A stretch of 64,000 bases of DNA from an uncultured Gemmatimonadaceae bacterium. Lineage in GTDB: Bacteria > Gemmatimonadota > Gemmatimonadetes > Gemmatimonadales > Gemmatimonadaceae. Of the stretch, positions 45,223 to 59,134 are shown in pieces (positions within the stretch are counted from its first letter, which is position 1; each line of letters starts with the position of its first letter). The DNA lies in NCBI GenBank assembly GCA_963751275.1, contig CAVVTZ010000011.1:256001-320000 (forward strand), in the 5' to 3' direction. Below the pieces are notes generated by a model. The model did not search any database. It had not been told where the DNA came from and worked only from the letters and a program-made list of their open reading frames with translations. Made by a program: the position numbers and the translations under genes.

Positions 45223-46370
45223 CTAGTCGCGGTATGACGCGCCGCTCCCCGTATTGAACAGCACGACGCGGGCGTCCTTCGCGATGCGCCCCGCGGCCAC
45301 GAGCGAACGGCACACCGCGAGCGCGCAGCCGCCCTCCGGCGCGGCGTCGACTCCGCTCGCACGCGACAGTTCGAGCGTCGCCGCGCGGATCTCGTCTTCC
45401 CCGGCGGCGGCGGCATCGCCGTTGCTCTCGCGCAGCGCCCGCAGGATCGAGGCGGTCGCCGAGCGGACCGGGAACGCGCAGTCCGCTGGCATGCGTGGAC
45501 GGATCGGCCCACGGCTCGGCATGATCGGCGCCCGCCGCGAATGCGCGCACGATCGGCGCGCACCCGGCGGCCTGCGCGGTGATCATGCGCGGCATCGGCA
45601 CCGATCGCGGCGATCCACCCCTGCGCCTTCAGCTCCGCGAACGCCTTCCACATCCCGATGAGTCCCGTGCCGCCGCCGGTGGGGTAGATGATCACGTCCG
45701 GCAGCGTCCAGTCGAATTGCTCGGCGAGCTCGATGCCCATCGTCTTCTTCCCCTCGATGCGGTACGGCTCGCGCAGAGTGCTCATGTCGATCCAGCCATG
45801 CTCCGCCGCGTAGGCGCGCGCCGCCTTGCCCGAGTCACCGATATGGCCGGGGAGCGTGATGAGCTCGGCGCCGAGTGCGCGAATGGTCGCGAGGATCGTG
45901 CGCGGGGTGGTCTCCGGGGCGTACACCCGCACCGGCATTCCGGCGGCCGCGCCGTAGGCCGCGAGCGCCGCGCCCGCGTTGCCGGCGGTGGGCACCACGA
46001 GCCCCGGCGCGCCGAGCGCCCGAGCGCGGGTGACGGCCGCGCTCATCCCGCGCGCCTTGAAGCTCGCCGTGGGATTCAGCCCCTCGTCCTTCACCCAGAG
46101 CTGCGCCACGCCCACAGCGCGCGCCAGCTTCGGCACATTGAGCAGCGGCGTGCCCCCTTCGCCGAGCGCCACGGGCGGTTCGCCGGGCAGGATCGGCAGG
46201 AAGGCCGCGTAGCGCCACATGTCCCAGCGCGGCAGCAGGGCGTCGCGCGAGCGCGGCAGCACCGAGTAGCGCACGAGGAACGGCTGGCCGCACTTGGGAC
46301 AAACGCTCGCGCGGGCATCGCCCTTCTCCGGGTGCGCGCACGCGGAGCATTCCAGCGACCAGGGGGTCAT
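45223..46370 (-). CDS. thrC: Threonine synthase-like PLP enzyme (frameshifted)
   Basis: CSAC..CPKC, MWRY, LGEGGTPL, KDEGLNPTASFKARG, TAGNAG, PYRIEGKKT, YPTGGGTG, PEGG, FNTGSG. Confidence 0.85.
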
Positions 46371-46372
46371 TC

Positions 46373-48236
46373 TCACTCAGTGGTGGAAGGTGACGGCTCG
46401 GGCGCGGGTGCCATGGCATCCCGCGCGCGCAGCGAGTCGAGGATCTTCTGCGCGCCGGCGGCGCTGAAGCCCGGCAGGCGCGCGATGTCCTCGACGGCGG
46501 CGTCGCGCACGCCCTGCAGGCTGCCAAAGGCATGCAGCAGCGCGCTCCGCTTGCGCGGACCGACGCCCGGAATGCTGAGCAATTCGGAGGTGACGGTGCG
46601 CATGGAGCGGCGCTTGCGGTTGTACGTGATCGCGAAACGATGCGCCTCATCGCGCGCGCGCTGCAGGAGCCGCAGCGCGGGAGAACGCCGCGCCAGACGC
46701 AGCGGCTCCGGGCGGCCCGGCAGGAACACCTCTTCCTCGCGCTTCGCGAGACTCGCGAGCTCCATCTTCCCGAGGCCGAGCGCGTCGAGCGCCTCGCGCG
46801 CCACACCGAGTTGTCCCTTGCCGCCGTCGATCAGCACGAGGTCGGGCAGCGGTCGCGATTCCTCGATGCGCCGGTGGAAGTAGCGGCCCACCGCCTCCCT
46901 CATCGACGCGAAGTCGTCGGTGCCCTCCACCGTGCGGATCTTCAGCTTGCGGTACTCGGCGCGCTTCGGCCGTCCGTTCTCGAACCAGACGCAGGACGCG
47001 ACCGTGTCCGTCCCCTGCGCCGTCGAGATGTCGAAGCAGACGATGGCACGCGGCACTTTCGAGAGGCCAAGCTCGCGCTGCAGCTCGTAGACGGGATCGG
47101 CGGCGCGCTCGTCGGTGTCCGCGCTCGCGAGCCGCAGCTCTTCGAGCAAGTGCCGCGCGTTCTGCTCGGCGAGATCCACGAGTTCCCGGCGCGAGCCGCG
47201 CTGCGGGATCCGCACCCTGGTGCCCGGGAGCGCGGCCTCGATCGGCTCGCGGTCATCGAACTCGAAGGGGGCGATGCAGCTCCGCCGCGCGATCCGTCAA
47301 CGGGAGGTACGCGCGCGTGAGGTAGGCCGCGAGCACGGTGGCGTCGGTCTCGCCCACGAGGTTGGCGACGTACTGGTGTTCGCGCGCGAGGAGCTTGCCG
47401 CCGCGGATGCGCAGCATCACGACGCATCCCTCGTCGCCGTCCCGCGCGTAACCGATCACGTCTCGGTCGCCGCCTTCGACCTCCACGATCACGGTCGGCT
47501 CTTCCATCTTCTCGAGTGCGGCGAGCATGTCGCGCATCTCGCCGGCCCGCTCGTAATCCAGCGCCAATGCGGCGGCGTCCATCCGCTCACGCACCCGGCG
47601 CATCACCTCGCCCGCGCGGCCGTCGAGGAAGAGGAGCACCTCGTCGATCATCGCGCGGTACTCGGCCTGCGTCTGCAGGAAGATGCACGGCGCCTTGCAG
47701 CGTCCGATGTGGTAGTCGAGGCACGCGCGCTCGGGCATCTCGGCGGGCATGTCGTAGCTGCACGACCGCACCGTGAAGATGCGCTTCACCAGATTGAGCG
47801 CGCGGCGCATCGCGCCCACGTCGGTGTACGGACCGAAGTACCGCGAGCCGTCGCTCAGCACGCGGCGCGTGACCATCACGCGCGGGAACGGCTCCTGCAC
47901 CGTGACCTTGATGAACGGATACGACTTGTCGTCGCGCAGGAGGATGTTGTACCGCGGGTGGTGCTCCTTGATCAGGTTCGACTCGAGGATCAGTGCGTGC
48001 ACCTCGCTCGGCACGACGATCGTCTCGACGTCCGCCGCCTGCCGCATCAGCAGCGCGCGTCTTGCCGTTCTCGAGCGCCTCGCCGCCCAGGTAGTTGCGG
48101 ACGCGCGGAGCGCAGCTGCTTCGCCTTGCCCACGTACAGCACCTGCCCCTCGGCGTCCTTCCACAGGTAGACGCCGGGCGACTCGGGGAGCGTGCGCGAT
48201 CTTGACGGCGAGTGCCGCGGGCGATTCGCGAACCAT
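46373..48236 (-). CDS. uvrC: Excinuclease ABC subunit C (frameshifted)
   Basis: [67 protein letters not shown], HhH IPGVGPRK. Confidence 0.95.
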
Positions 48237-48271
48237 GCACGAAAGATAACGCCCGCGGAAAGGGGCGTGCG

Positions 48272-49865
48272 CTATGCGCGGCGGCGCAGCCGGGCGGCCA
48301 GATCGCGCGCTTCGCCGATCCCCATGGCGAGGGCGACGGCGAGATAGGCGACGCCATACGGGATGAGGGTGATCACCGCGAGGAGGATCGGCTGGTGCTC
48401 GTGCGACACGATCTCGATCCCCCACGCCGCCGCCGCGCCGACCACCGCGGCGAATTCGAGCTGCAGCGTGAAGCGCAGCGGCAGTCCGGTGCGCCCGATG
48501 CGCGCGTTGAGCCCGCGGCGCAGCAGCGCGAACTCCACCCAGCCGGCGATGCCGGCGGACGCGGTGAGGCCCGCCGCGCCCCACTCCGGGCCGAGGCCGA
48601 GCAGCCGGGCAGCGGGAACGGCGAACAGCAGCCCGAGCGCGACGCGTGAGCGCCACGCGCACGATCGCGAAGCGGAGCGGCGTGCGCGTGTCGCGCAGCG
48701 CGTAGTACGCGGAGGCGTACAGCCGCCCGAGCGTCGAGGCGAGCAGCCCGACGGCCGAGCCGGCGAGGATCCCCCACACGTAGAGCGTGTCGGCGTGCGT
48801 GAAGCGCCCCGTCTGGAAGAGCGCGCCCGCGACGATGTCCCCCAGCGCGATGAACGCCACCGCCGGACGGCACGACGAAGAAGGCGATGCGCCGGAGGCC
48901 GCGCTCGAGGCGGATCGCGCAGCGCCGCCGCCACTTCGTCGGCCGCGCCCGCGACGCTCGACATCGCCGGCAGCTCCGCCGCCGAGACGGCCATCCCGAA
49001 GAGACTCACCGGCAGCGTGTACAGCACTTGCGCACTCGCCGAGCGCCGCGACCGCGCCCCCGGGCAGGAAGCTCGCGATCATCGTGTCCACGTACGCGCT
49101 GATCTGCACCACGCCGCGTCCCACGAACACCGGGACGAAGTTGCGCACGACGGTGCGCACGTGCGCGGAGCCGCGGCCCAGCGACGGCGCGCAGGCGCGG
49201 CACGAGACGGAAGCACGGTCGGCAGCTGCACGACGAGCTGCAGCGCGCTCCCGCGTACGGAGCCCGCGGCGGCGGCCACCGCCAATTCCGCCGGCCCGCC
49301 CGACCGGCCCGCGTACACGAGCGCCGCGATGATCGCGACGTTCCACACGACGGGCGCGCTGTACGACAGCAAGAACTTCCGGTGGCTGTTCAGGATGCCC
49401 AGGCACCACGCCGAGATCACGAGCAGGCCGGCGCCCGGGAAGAGGATGCGCACGAGATCGATCGTGAGCTCGCGCTTGTCGCCCGCGAAGCCCGGCGCGA
49501 TCACGTCGATCAGCAGCGGCGTCGCGAGCACGCCGAGCGGCACGAGCAGCGACGTCGCGAGCGCCGAGCAGCGTGCCGACCGCGCCGGCGACGCGCGTCG
49601 CCTCCTCGTCGTCGCCCTCCGCGAGCAGCCGCGCGTACACCGGAATGAACGACGCCGAGAGCACGCCTTCGCCGAACAGGTTCTGCAGGAAGTTCGGGAT
49701 GCGGAACGCCGCGCTGAACGCGTCGGCCGCGACGGAGAGCCGAGATAGTGCGCGAGCGCCCGCTGGCGAACGAGTCCGAACGATCCGGCTCGCCAGGATC
49801 CCCGCGCCGACGTGCACGGCGCCGCGGCCGGTGCGCTCCTCGCGCGGCGGCTCGGCCGCCGTCAC
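48272..49865 (-). CDS. murJ: Lipid II flippase MurJ/MviN (multiple frameshifts)
   Basis: ADAFSAAFRIPNFLQNLFGEGVLSASFIPVY, GILNSH, LYTLPVSLFG, YYALRDTRTP. Confidence 0.92.
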
Positions 49866-51439
49866 GACCGCTTCGCGGGGAATGGGCGTGCGCGCCGCCC
49901 GCGACCAACGAGGCCGCGTGCTCGCCCACCGCGATGCGCATCGCCTCCAGGAGGGGCTCGCCGTGGCGCGCGAGGAGCGGCAGAAGTTGAGTCACGTTCC
50001 TGGCGGCGCGCCCAGGGGCAAGAGCGCGGCGCGCGCCACGGCGAGGTCGTGCATCGACTCGGTCTCCCGCGTGCTTCACCGCCGCGACGAGGCGGCGCTC
50101 GAGGCGCTCCAGGCGGTGCGCGACGACTGCGCGCGCGCGCCCTCGAGCACCGGATCCGGCGTGAGCGGCGTCCGCTCGCGGTGCACCGCCTCCGTGAGCG
50201 CGATGCTCGCACTGTCCAGCGAGGCGCGGTAGTGCTCGAGCGCGGCCTCGATCGCGGCGGGCATCTGACGCGCGCGCGAGCCGCGTGTCCGCGGCGTGCG
50301 GATCGTTGAGATCGTCGAACGATGAGCCGAGCCGCTCGAGGATGCGCGTGACGTGCGGCTCCACGATCAGGCCGACCAGCGCGGCACCACGATCACCGGC
50401 GGCGTCCGAGCGCCGCGCGACGGCGCTCACCTGCGCGAAGTACGCGATCTCGCCGGCCCCGCCACGTACGCGACGGTGGGGAGGAGTCGCCGCTCCACCA
50501 CGGGACGCAGCAGCACGTTCGCTCGAGGTCGTCCCGCCGCGCGGCATCGCGGCCTGCGGCGATGCGGGATGCGCTCCTGGACGCCATCGCGTACGGCGAA
50601 AACGAGGGAGAGCCCCTTCACGTGCGCGACCTTCGCGTCGAAGCCCGCGGCCTTCAATTCCGTCTCGCGCGCCAGCAGGGCGCTGTCGATCATGGATGCG
50701 GCCGCGAGCGCCGCCTCCGTGCAGGAGCGCGCCGGCCGCGCTCGACCGCCGGATGCCCCGCGTCGAGCACCGCGATCCCCAGCGGTTCGAGCACGCCGCG
50801 CAGCAGCTGCACGTACGCGCTGCCGACCGTGTGCGAGGGATCGTAGGCCGCGCGCATCGCCTCCAGCACGCCGCGGTCCACCGCCGCGCCCGACGCACGC
50901 TCGAGCATCGCGGCGAGCAGCCGCACATCGCCGAGCGGCGTGTCGTACATGCGGCGGTCCTTGATGTCCGGCGGCGACATCGCGAGGCGCTCGACCTCGC
51001 CGTCGCGCGCGACGTACGTGACGAGGCCTCGGCGAAGTCCGCGTCGTCCGTCGCCGCCCAGAACACGGCGCCACCGGCATGCCGACTCGCGAACTCGAGC
51101 GCGTCGGCCAGCGCGAGCATGCTGAGTCGCCTTGCTCCACGTGTACATCGGCCCGCCGAAGAGGCCGGGCTGTTGCCCGGTGGTCACGACGATGCCGCGG
51201 CCGGCGGCGCTGCGCGCGAGGCGCGCGGCGGCCGCTCCGGATGCGCCGAAGGCCGGTGCGAGCGCGCTGTGCCAGTCGTTCGCCGCGAACGCCGCGCGCC
51301 GCGATTCCGCGAGCGCCTTCCACGCCGCTGGATCGCGAGGTGCCGCCGGGAACCACGCCGGATCCAGCGTGCCGGCCATGGCCGCCGCCGCGAGCCGCGA
51401 TGCGCCGAGGGGGCGCGTGAGGACGCGCGGCTCGCTCAC
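49862..51439 (-). CDS. bshC: Bacillithiol biosynthesis cysteine-adding enzyme BshC (multiple frameshifts)
   Basis: VVTTGQQPGLFGGPMYT..K, VFWAATDDADFAE, NVLLRPVVERRLLPTVAYVAGP, GEIAYFAQV, QER. Confidence 0.85.
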
Positions 51440-51461
51440 CGCGGGCCTGCCGGAGCGCGCA

Positions 51462-51924
51462 TCACTTGTGGTAGGGCTCGCCGCGCTGGATCGTGCCGGC
51501 GCGGTACAGCTGCTCCGCGAGCACGAGCCGGGCGAGTTCGTGCGGCAGCGTCCACGGGGCGAGCGAGAGCTTCCGGCGCGACGCTTGCGCACTGCGTCGG
51601 AGAGTCCGAACGCCCCGCCGATCACGAACACGACATCGCGCGCCGATTCGCGTTCCTTCTGCAGCCACGCCGCGAACGCCTCGGAGGTCATCGCGGTCCC
51701 GCCCGCATCGCACGCCACGAGCAGCGCGCCCGGCGGCACGAGCGCGAGCAGGCGCTCCCCTTCCTTCGCGCTGACATCGGCCGGCGACGCGCCGCGCCCG
51801 GCTCGGCGCGCACTTCGCGCACCTCGAGCGGCCAGTACCGCGCCGCTCGCGATTCGTACTCGTGGATCGCCGACGCGAGCGCCGCGTCGCGCGGTGCCCC
51901 CACCGACGCGACGAGCACTTTCAT
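51462..51924 (-). CDS. rlmH: 23S rRNA (pseudouridine1915-N3)-methyltransferase (frameshifted)
   Basis: [53 protein letters not shown]. Confidence 0.92.
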
Positions 51925-51943
51925 CCACCGGCCGCGACGACCG

Positions 51944-53255
<1,312 letters not shown>

Positions 53256-53292
53256 GATCGCGGTGAGGGGGTCGGGCCGGTGGCCCGGCGTG

Positions 53293-54326
53293 TCAGGGGG
53301 GATCGAACGGGCGCGAAGGAGCATGTCCACGAGCGCATCCACCGCACTCGCGTTCTCCTCCACGGACAATCGCTGTGAAACATACCACAACGCGGACGCT
53401 TGGCGAGGCCAGAGCGTCCGGAGCTTCACGTGGTCCTTGAGCGTGCAGATCGGGGTCTCCCCCGGGGCCACGCTGGACGCGAGACGCGTCGCATCGACGG
53501 CCGTGAACGCGTGATGGTCCGGGAATGCGGCCGGCCGCACGACGGCGCCCGCGCCGGCGAGCTGGGCCGCGAACGCGCCCGGGTCACCCACCGCGGAGAT
53601 CGCGAGCACCGGTGCGCCCTTGATGGACCCGAGCGGCCGACGCGCGCCCCCGTCGGCATTGCCGAGATCGCCCAAAGCGATCCGCACCACGGTCACCGGG
53701 ACGCCGGGCGCGGCCGCACTCACCGCCGCGCGAACGCGCGCCACCGCCGCGCCCGTCGCGGCCTTGGCCGTGATCACGATGAGCGTGGCGCGGCGCAGCG
53801 CGGAGAGGGGTTCCCGGAACGGCCCCGCAGGGATCAGGCGGGGGTGTTCCGGCCAGCGATCGGCGCTCACCAGCACGACATCCGCCACCCGCGCCGCGCG
53901 GCGGTGCTGGAACGCGTCGTCGAGTACGACGAGGTCCGCGCCGGCGGCGCGCGCGGTCGCGATGCCCTCCACTCGGTCCGGCATGATGACGACCGGCACA
54001 TCGGGATTCAGGATCCCATGCACGAGCGGCTCGTCGTCGCCGTAGCCGCGCAGGACGATCGCGGGATGCGCCCCGCGCGCCGAGAGCGTCCCCGCGAGCC
54101 ATCCGGCGAACGGCGTCTTCCCCGTTCCGCCGACGGTGAGATTGCCGATGCTCACCGCCGGGATCGCGCTCGCGTGCGTGGTGAGCAGCCCCGCGTCGTA
54201 TAACTTCCCGCGCGCCGCGGCGCCGGCGTGATAGAGCGCGCCGAGCGGGGAGAGCACCGCGCGCGCGATGCGCGCCGGCAGCGCATCGCCGTACCAGATC
54301 CGTTCGACGCCGCGCGAATCAGCCAT
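53293..54326 (-). CDS. lpxK: Tetraacyldisaccharide 4'-kinase (3' end inferred)
   Basis: [51 protein letters not shown]. Confidence 0.92.
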
Positions 54327-54978
54327 GCGCCGGCCATGCGATCGCATCCAGGAGCGCCGAGAACTTCTCGGTCTGCGCCGCCGCCTCGCGCGCGCCCGGC
54401 GCCTGGACGTACACCGGATCGCCCATCACCACCGTGACGCGGGCGAAGGGCTTCGGGATCTCGAATTGGTCCCAGCTCTTGAGGGTCCACGCCCGGCTCG
54501 CGAACGAGCGCAGCGGGATGATCGGCGCGCCGGCGCGATGCGCCGCGATCAGGGCGCCCGGCGCGAAGCTGTGCCGCGGCCCGCGCGGGCCGTCCGGCGT
54601 GACGGCGATATCACGCCCCGACTCGAGCTCCCGGCTCAGTTGCAGCAGCGCACGGTCGGCGCCGCGCGACGACGAGCCGCGCACCGTCGCGTAGCCGAGC
54701 GAGATCGCCGCGCGCGCGACGATCTCGCCGTCGCCGTGCTCGCTGATCAGGATCGCCGCACCGGTCGCCCGGAACGCCCACAGCAGGCTCAGCTGCTCCC
54801 CGTGCCAGAAGCAGTAGACGAACGACCGGCCCTTCGCCGTCAGCGCGAGCGCCGGCTCCCGATTCACGTACCGCAGCCGCCATGTGGCCGCGAGCAGGCG
54901 CAGGAGCATTGCGCCGATGCGGGCGACCCAGCGGTCGCGGCGCGCGCGCCGGGCGCGGCGTTCCAGCGTGTCGCTCAC
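54319..54978 (-). CDS. DUF374 lysophospholipid acyltransferase-family protein (LpxJ-like)
   Basis: [44 protein letters not shown]; between lpxB and lpxK. Confidence 0.85.
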   Translation of the reverse strand: MSDTLERRARRARRDRWVARIGAMLLRLLAATWRLRYVNREPALALTAKGRSFVYCFWHGEQLSLLWAFRATGAAILISEHGDGEIVARAAISLGYATVRGSSSRGADRALLQLSRELESGRDIAVTPDGPRGPRHSFAPGALIAAHRAGAPIIPLRSFASRAWTLKSWDQFEIPKPFARVTVVMGDPVYVQAPGAREAAAQTEKFSALLDAIAWPAHG

Positions 54979-56091
54979 GGCAGCGCCATGCCGAGTGCGA
55001 TGCCGGCGACGCGCGACGCCGCGCCGGGCGTGCCGAGCTTCTCCTTCACCTCGGCCAGGCCCTGCACCATCGCCGCGCGCTGCGGGCTCGCGCGGTCGAG
55101 GAGGGGCGCGAGGGCGTCGGCCATCGCGCCCGGCTGCGCGGCGCTCTGCACGAACTCCGGCGCCACCTGCCGCCCCGCGACGACGTTCACCAATCCGATG
55201 AGCGGGATGAATACCACGCGCCGCGCGATCGCGTAGGTGATCGCGCTCGTGCGGTAGGCCACGACCAGCGGGCAGCCGGCCACCGCCGCTTCCAGCGTGG
55301 ACGTGCCGCTCTTCGACAGCGCCGCATCCGCCGCGCGCCACACGGTGAATGAACTCGCGTGCACTTGCTGGAAGGGGCACTCGCTCTCGGGGAGCGTGAT
55401 CCCCGGCGCCACGCTCACGATCACGCGCAGCCCCGGTGTGCGTCGCTGCAGTTCCTGCGCAGTCTCGACGAAGATCGTGGAGATGCCGCTCGATCTCGCT
55501 CTTCCGGCTCCCCGGGAAGAGCGCGAGGACCGGCGCGTTCCCCTCGAGTCCGAGCGTCCGCCGCGCCTCCTCCGTCGACGGCAGCGCCGCGGCGCGGTCC
55601 AGCAGCGGATGGCCCACGAACGTCGCGTCGATCCCGGCGTTGCGGAGCATCTCCTCTTCGAACGGCAGGATACACGCGGCGCGCGTGATCGTGCGCGCAA
55701 GCTCCGTGAGTCGCTTCGCCCCCCACGCCCACACCTGCGGCGTGATGTAGTACAGCACCGGCACGCCCGCTTCGCGCGCCGCGGCCGCCACCTTCATGTT
55801 GAAACCGGGGTAGTCGAGCAGGATCACGAGTCCGACCTCGCCCGAACGCAGCCTCGCCTTGATCTCGGCGAGCAGCCGCCAGTGTTTCGGGATGTGCGCC
55901 AGCACCTCGAGGAAGCCCATCACCGCGAGACGGTCGGTGTGCTCCATCAAGGTGACGCCGGCGGCCTCCATGCGCGCGCCCCCGATGCCGCTCAACGGAA
56001 GATCCGGAGCGCGGCGGCGCAATTCGGCGGCCACTCCCGCGCCATGAAGGTCGCCGGACGGCTCGCCGGCGACGAACAGCATTTCACGCAC
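54975..56091 (-). CDS. lpxB: Lipid-A-disaccharide synthase (one frameshift near 55480)
   Basis: VAGEPSGDLHG, DYPGFN, YYITPQVWAW, ILPFE, FVGHPL, FPGSRKSE, KSGTSTLE, PEFVQ. Confidence 0.94.
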
Positions 56092-57088
56092 GGCTGGGGG
56101 CCGGCGGCGCGAGCCAGCGCGGCAAGCCGCGCTCGATCTCCTTCACGATCCGCAGCGCGACGGCGAGCGCGTCGCGCCCCTCCTCGCCGCTCACCGCCAC
56201 CTTTTGCTCCCCGCGCACCGCCGCGACGAAGCTCTCGAACTCGAGCTTGAGCGGTTCGCCCTCGGGCGCCTTCAGCACGATGCGCTCCATGAATTCCTCG
56301 AGCTTGCGCGGCGCCTGCTTCAGCGTTTCCAGATCGATCCCGCCCTTGATGCGGTAGAAGACGCCGTCGCCCTCCCCGAGGTCGAGCGAGATGTACCCGC
56401 TGCGCTGGAACACGCGCAGCTTGCGCAGCCGGTCGCGGGAAACGCGGCTCGCCGTGATGTTCGCCACCGCGCCGCTCTCGAACGTGAGACGCGCGTTCGC
56501 GATGTCCACTTCGGTCGTGATCACCGGAATCCCCGCGGCGGACAGTTCGGTCACCTTGCTGCCGACCACGGTGTGCACGAGGTCGATGTCGTGGATCATG
56601 AGGTCGAGCACGACCGGCACGTCGGCGCCGCGCGGATTGAACGGCGCAAGGCGGTTGATCTCGACGAAGCCGGGATGATCGAGGTACGGCAGCGCCGCGC
56701 GCACCGCACGATTGAAGCGCTCGACGTGGCCGATCTGCACGACCACGCCGGCTTTCTTCGCGGCGGCGAGCATCTCGTCCGCCTCCTCGAGCGTGGCCGC
56801 GATCGGCTTCTCGATCAGCACGTGTTTCCCCGCGGCGAGCGCCTTCATGGTCACCGCATGGTGCGCCGGCGTCGGCACGACCACGGTCACTGCGTCAGCC
56901 GCGCCGATCAGCGCGTCGAGCGAGTCGAAGGAACGCACGCCCAGTTCCTTCGCCACCTGGGCCGCGCGCTCGGCGCGCGCGTCATGGAAGCCGACCAGCT
57001 CCGCGCCCTCGATGTCGCGGAACAGGCGCACGTGATGATAGCCGAGGCCGCCCGCCCCGATGACGCCGACCTTCAGCTTGCCGCTCAC
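56084..57088 (-). CDS. Gfo/Idh/MocA oxidoreductase (GnnA-like)
   Basis: Intact; VGVIGAGGLG..H, HVLIEKPIA, QIGHVERFN, VVLDLMIHDID, ANITASRVS; between lpxA and lpxB. Confidence 0.85.
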   Translation of the reverse strand: MSGKLKVGVIGAGGLGYHHVRLFRDIEGAELVGFHDARAERAAQVAKELGVRSFDSLDALIGAADAVTVVVPTPAHHAVTMKALAAGKHVLIEKPIAATLEEADEMLAAAKKAGVVVQIGHVERFNRAVRAALPYLDHPGFVEINRLAPFNPRGADVPVVLDLMIHDIDLVHTVVGSKVTELSAAGIPVITTEVDIANARLTFESGAVANITASRVSRDRLRKLRVFQRSGYISLDLGEGDGVFYRIKGGIDLETLKQAPRKLEEFMERIVLKAPEGEPLKLEFESFVAAVRGEQKVAVSGEEGRDALAVALRIVKEIERGLPRWLAPPAPSRA

Positions 57089-57861
57089 ATCACCACTCCG
57101 CGGCCGCTCGCGCCGACGAATTCGAGGAAGTGCTTCACCTCCGGGAACAGCTGCAGCTCGTGCTCCGCGCGTTCCATCGCCTGCGTCACGTTCAACTCGG
57201 AGCGGAAGAAGAGACGGTACGCGCGCTTGAGCTCGTGCACGACGTCGGGGCTGAAGTTGTTCCGCTGCAGCCCGACGCTGTTCAGCCCGTAGAGCTTGAT
57301 CGGGTTCCCCACCGCCTTCAGATACGGCGGCACGTCCTTCGGCACCCGCGAGTGCCCGCCAATGAAGCTGTACGCGCCGATCTTCACGAACTGGTGCACC
57401 GCCACGAGCCCGGAGATGATGCAGCGCTCCTCGATCGTGATGTGCCCCGCGAATTGGCTGCCGTTGGAGATGATGACGTTGTCGCCCACGTGGCAGTCGT
57501 GCGCCAGGTGCACGTACGTCATGATGAAGCAGTTCATCCCCACGGTGGTCTTCATGCTCTCGGTGGTGCCGCGATTGATCGTCGCGAACTCGCGGATCAC
57601 GGTGTTCTCGCCGATCTCCACGGTGGTCGGCTCGCCCTTGTACTTCAGATCCTGCGGGTCGCCGCCCAGGATGGAGCTCGACCCCACCTTCACGTTGGCG
57701 CCGAGCGTCACGTAGCGCTCGAGCGACGCGCGGGGCGCGATCACGCACCCCTCACCCACCACGCAGTGCGGCCCGATGATCGCGAACGCCCCCACCTCCA
57801 CACCGTCGCCCAGCTGGGCCTCGGGCGAGATGATCGCGGTCGGATGGATCTTGGCTTTCAT
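57085..57861 (-). CDS. lpxA: Acyl-ACP--UDP-N-acetylglucosamine O-acyltransferase
   Basis: [49 protein letters not shown]. Confidence 0.96.
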   Translation of the reverse strand: MKAKIHPTAIISPEAQLGDGVEVGAFAIIGPHCVVGEGCVIAPRASLERYVTLGANVKVGSSSILGGDPQDLKYKGEPTTVEIGENTVIREFATINRGTTESMKTTVGMNCFIMTYVHLAHDCHVGDNVIISNGSQFAGHITIEERCIISGLVAVHQFVKIGAYSFIGGHSRVPKDVPPYLKAVGNPIKLYGLNSVGLQRNNFSPDVVHELKRAYRLFFRSELNVTQAMERAEHELQLFPEVKHFLEFVGASGRGVVM

Positions 57862-59134
57862 CGGTCCATCACCATGGCGCTCATGTCCGCCTCGCACACG
57901 GTCTCGCCGTCCACCTTGGCGATGCCGTGCACCCGGGCGATGCGCGCCCGGATCTGCAGCAGCTCCACCTCGAAGCGCAGCTGGTCGCCCGGCTTCACGG
58001 GCCGGCGCCAGCGCACGTTGTCGAGCGACATGAAGTACACGACCTTGCTCTGCGGATCGGCCACAGTGCCCATGAGCAGCACGCCGCCCACCTGCGCCAT
58101 CGCTTCGATGATCAGCACCCCGGGCATGATCGGATGCCCCGGGAAGTGCCCCTGGAAGAAGGGCTCATTGATCGTGACGTTCTTGATGCCCACGACGTGC
58201 TTCCCATCGAGCTCGAGGATCCGGTCCACGAGCAGGAACGGATAGCGGTGCGGCAGGACCTTCATGATCTCTTCGATGCCAAGCATCCTCGTCTCCTTTG
58301 CGGCGAGGTTCACCAGCTCCCGTACCAGCGCCACCGTGCCGCGGTGGCTCGGTTTGAACGCGACGACGCGCGCCCGGACCCGCATGCCGGCCAGCGCCAG
58401 GTCGCCCACGCAATCCATCGCCTTGTGCCGCACGAACTCGTCGGCCCACCGGAGCGTCGTGTCCACCGGCCCCGCCGTGTCGAGCACCACGGAGTTCTGC
58501 GTCGACGCGCCCTGGATCAGACCCATTCCCCGCAGCGCATCGACCTCGTGCACGAATCCGAACGTACGCGCGCCGGCCAATTCCTTCGCGAAATTCCCCT
58601 CGGTGACCTCGAGCGACAGCTCCTGGCGCCCGATCAGCGGATGCGGGAACTCGATCGTCACATCGAGTGAGAAGCGATCGGCGGGGTGCGCCTCGTAGCG
58701 CGACTCGCCATCCGTCACCACCACCGGCGAGCGTACGCGGAGATACTGCACCGCTCCCTCGCCCTCGGCAATCCCCGCGCCCGCGAGCGCGTCGAAGAAC
58801 GGCTGCGCGCTGCCGTCCAGGATCGGCGGCTCGGGCGCATCGAGCTCGATGAGCAGATCGTCGATCTCGTGCGCCGCGACCGCCGCCAGCACATGCTCCA
58901 CCGTGTGCAGCGCGCGTTCCCCCTCGCCGATCTGCGTCCGGCGCGCCACCTGCACCGCCTGGTCGATGCGCGCCGGCACCTCCGGCGAACCCGGGAGATC
59001 GGTGCGCCGGAACACGATCCCGCGCCCCGCGGCGCCCGGCTTGAACGTGAGATGACATTCGTGACCGAGATGCAATCCGATGCCGGCGAGCGACGCCGTA
59101 CCCTGATCGTGCGCCGCCGCGCGGGCATGCTCAC
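57858..59134 (-). CDS. lpxC: Bifunctional LpxC-FabZ (frameshift near 59103)
   Basis: [41 protein letters not shown] fused in frame to [35 protein letters not shown]. Confidence 0.93.

Noticed and set aside
57858..59134. LpxC-FabZ fusion as a novelty
   Set aside because: Real in-frame fusion but already well known in FCB-group bacteria.
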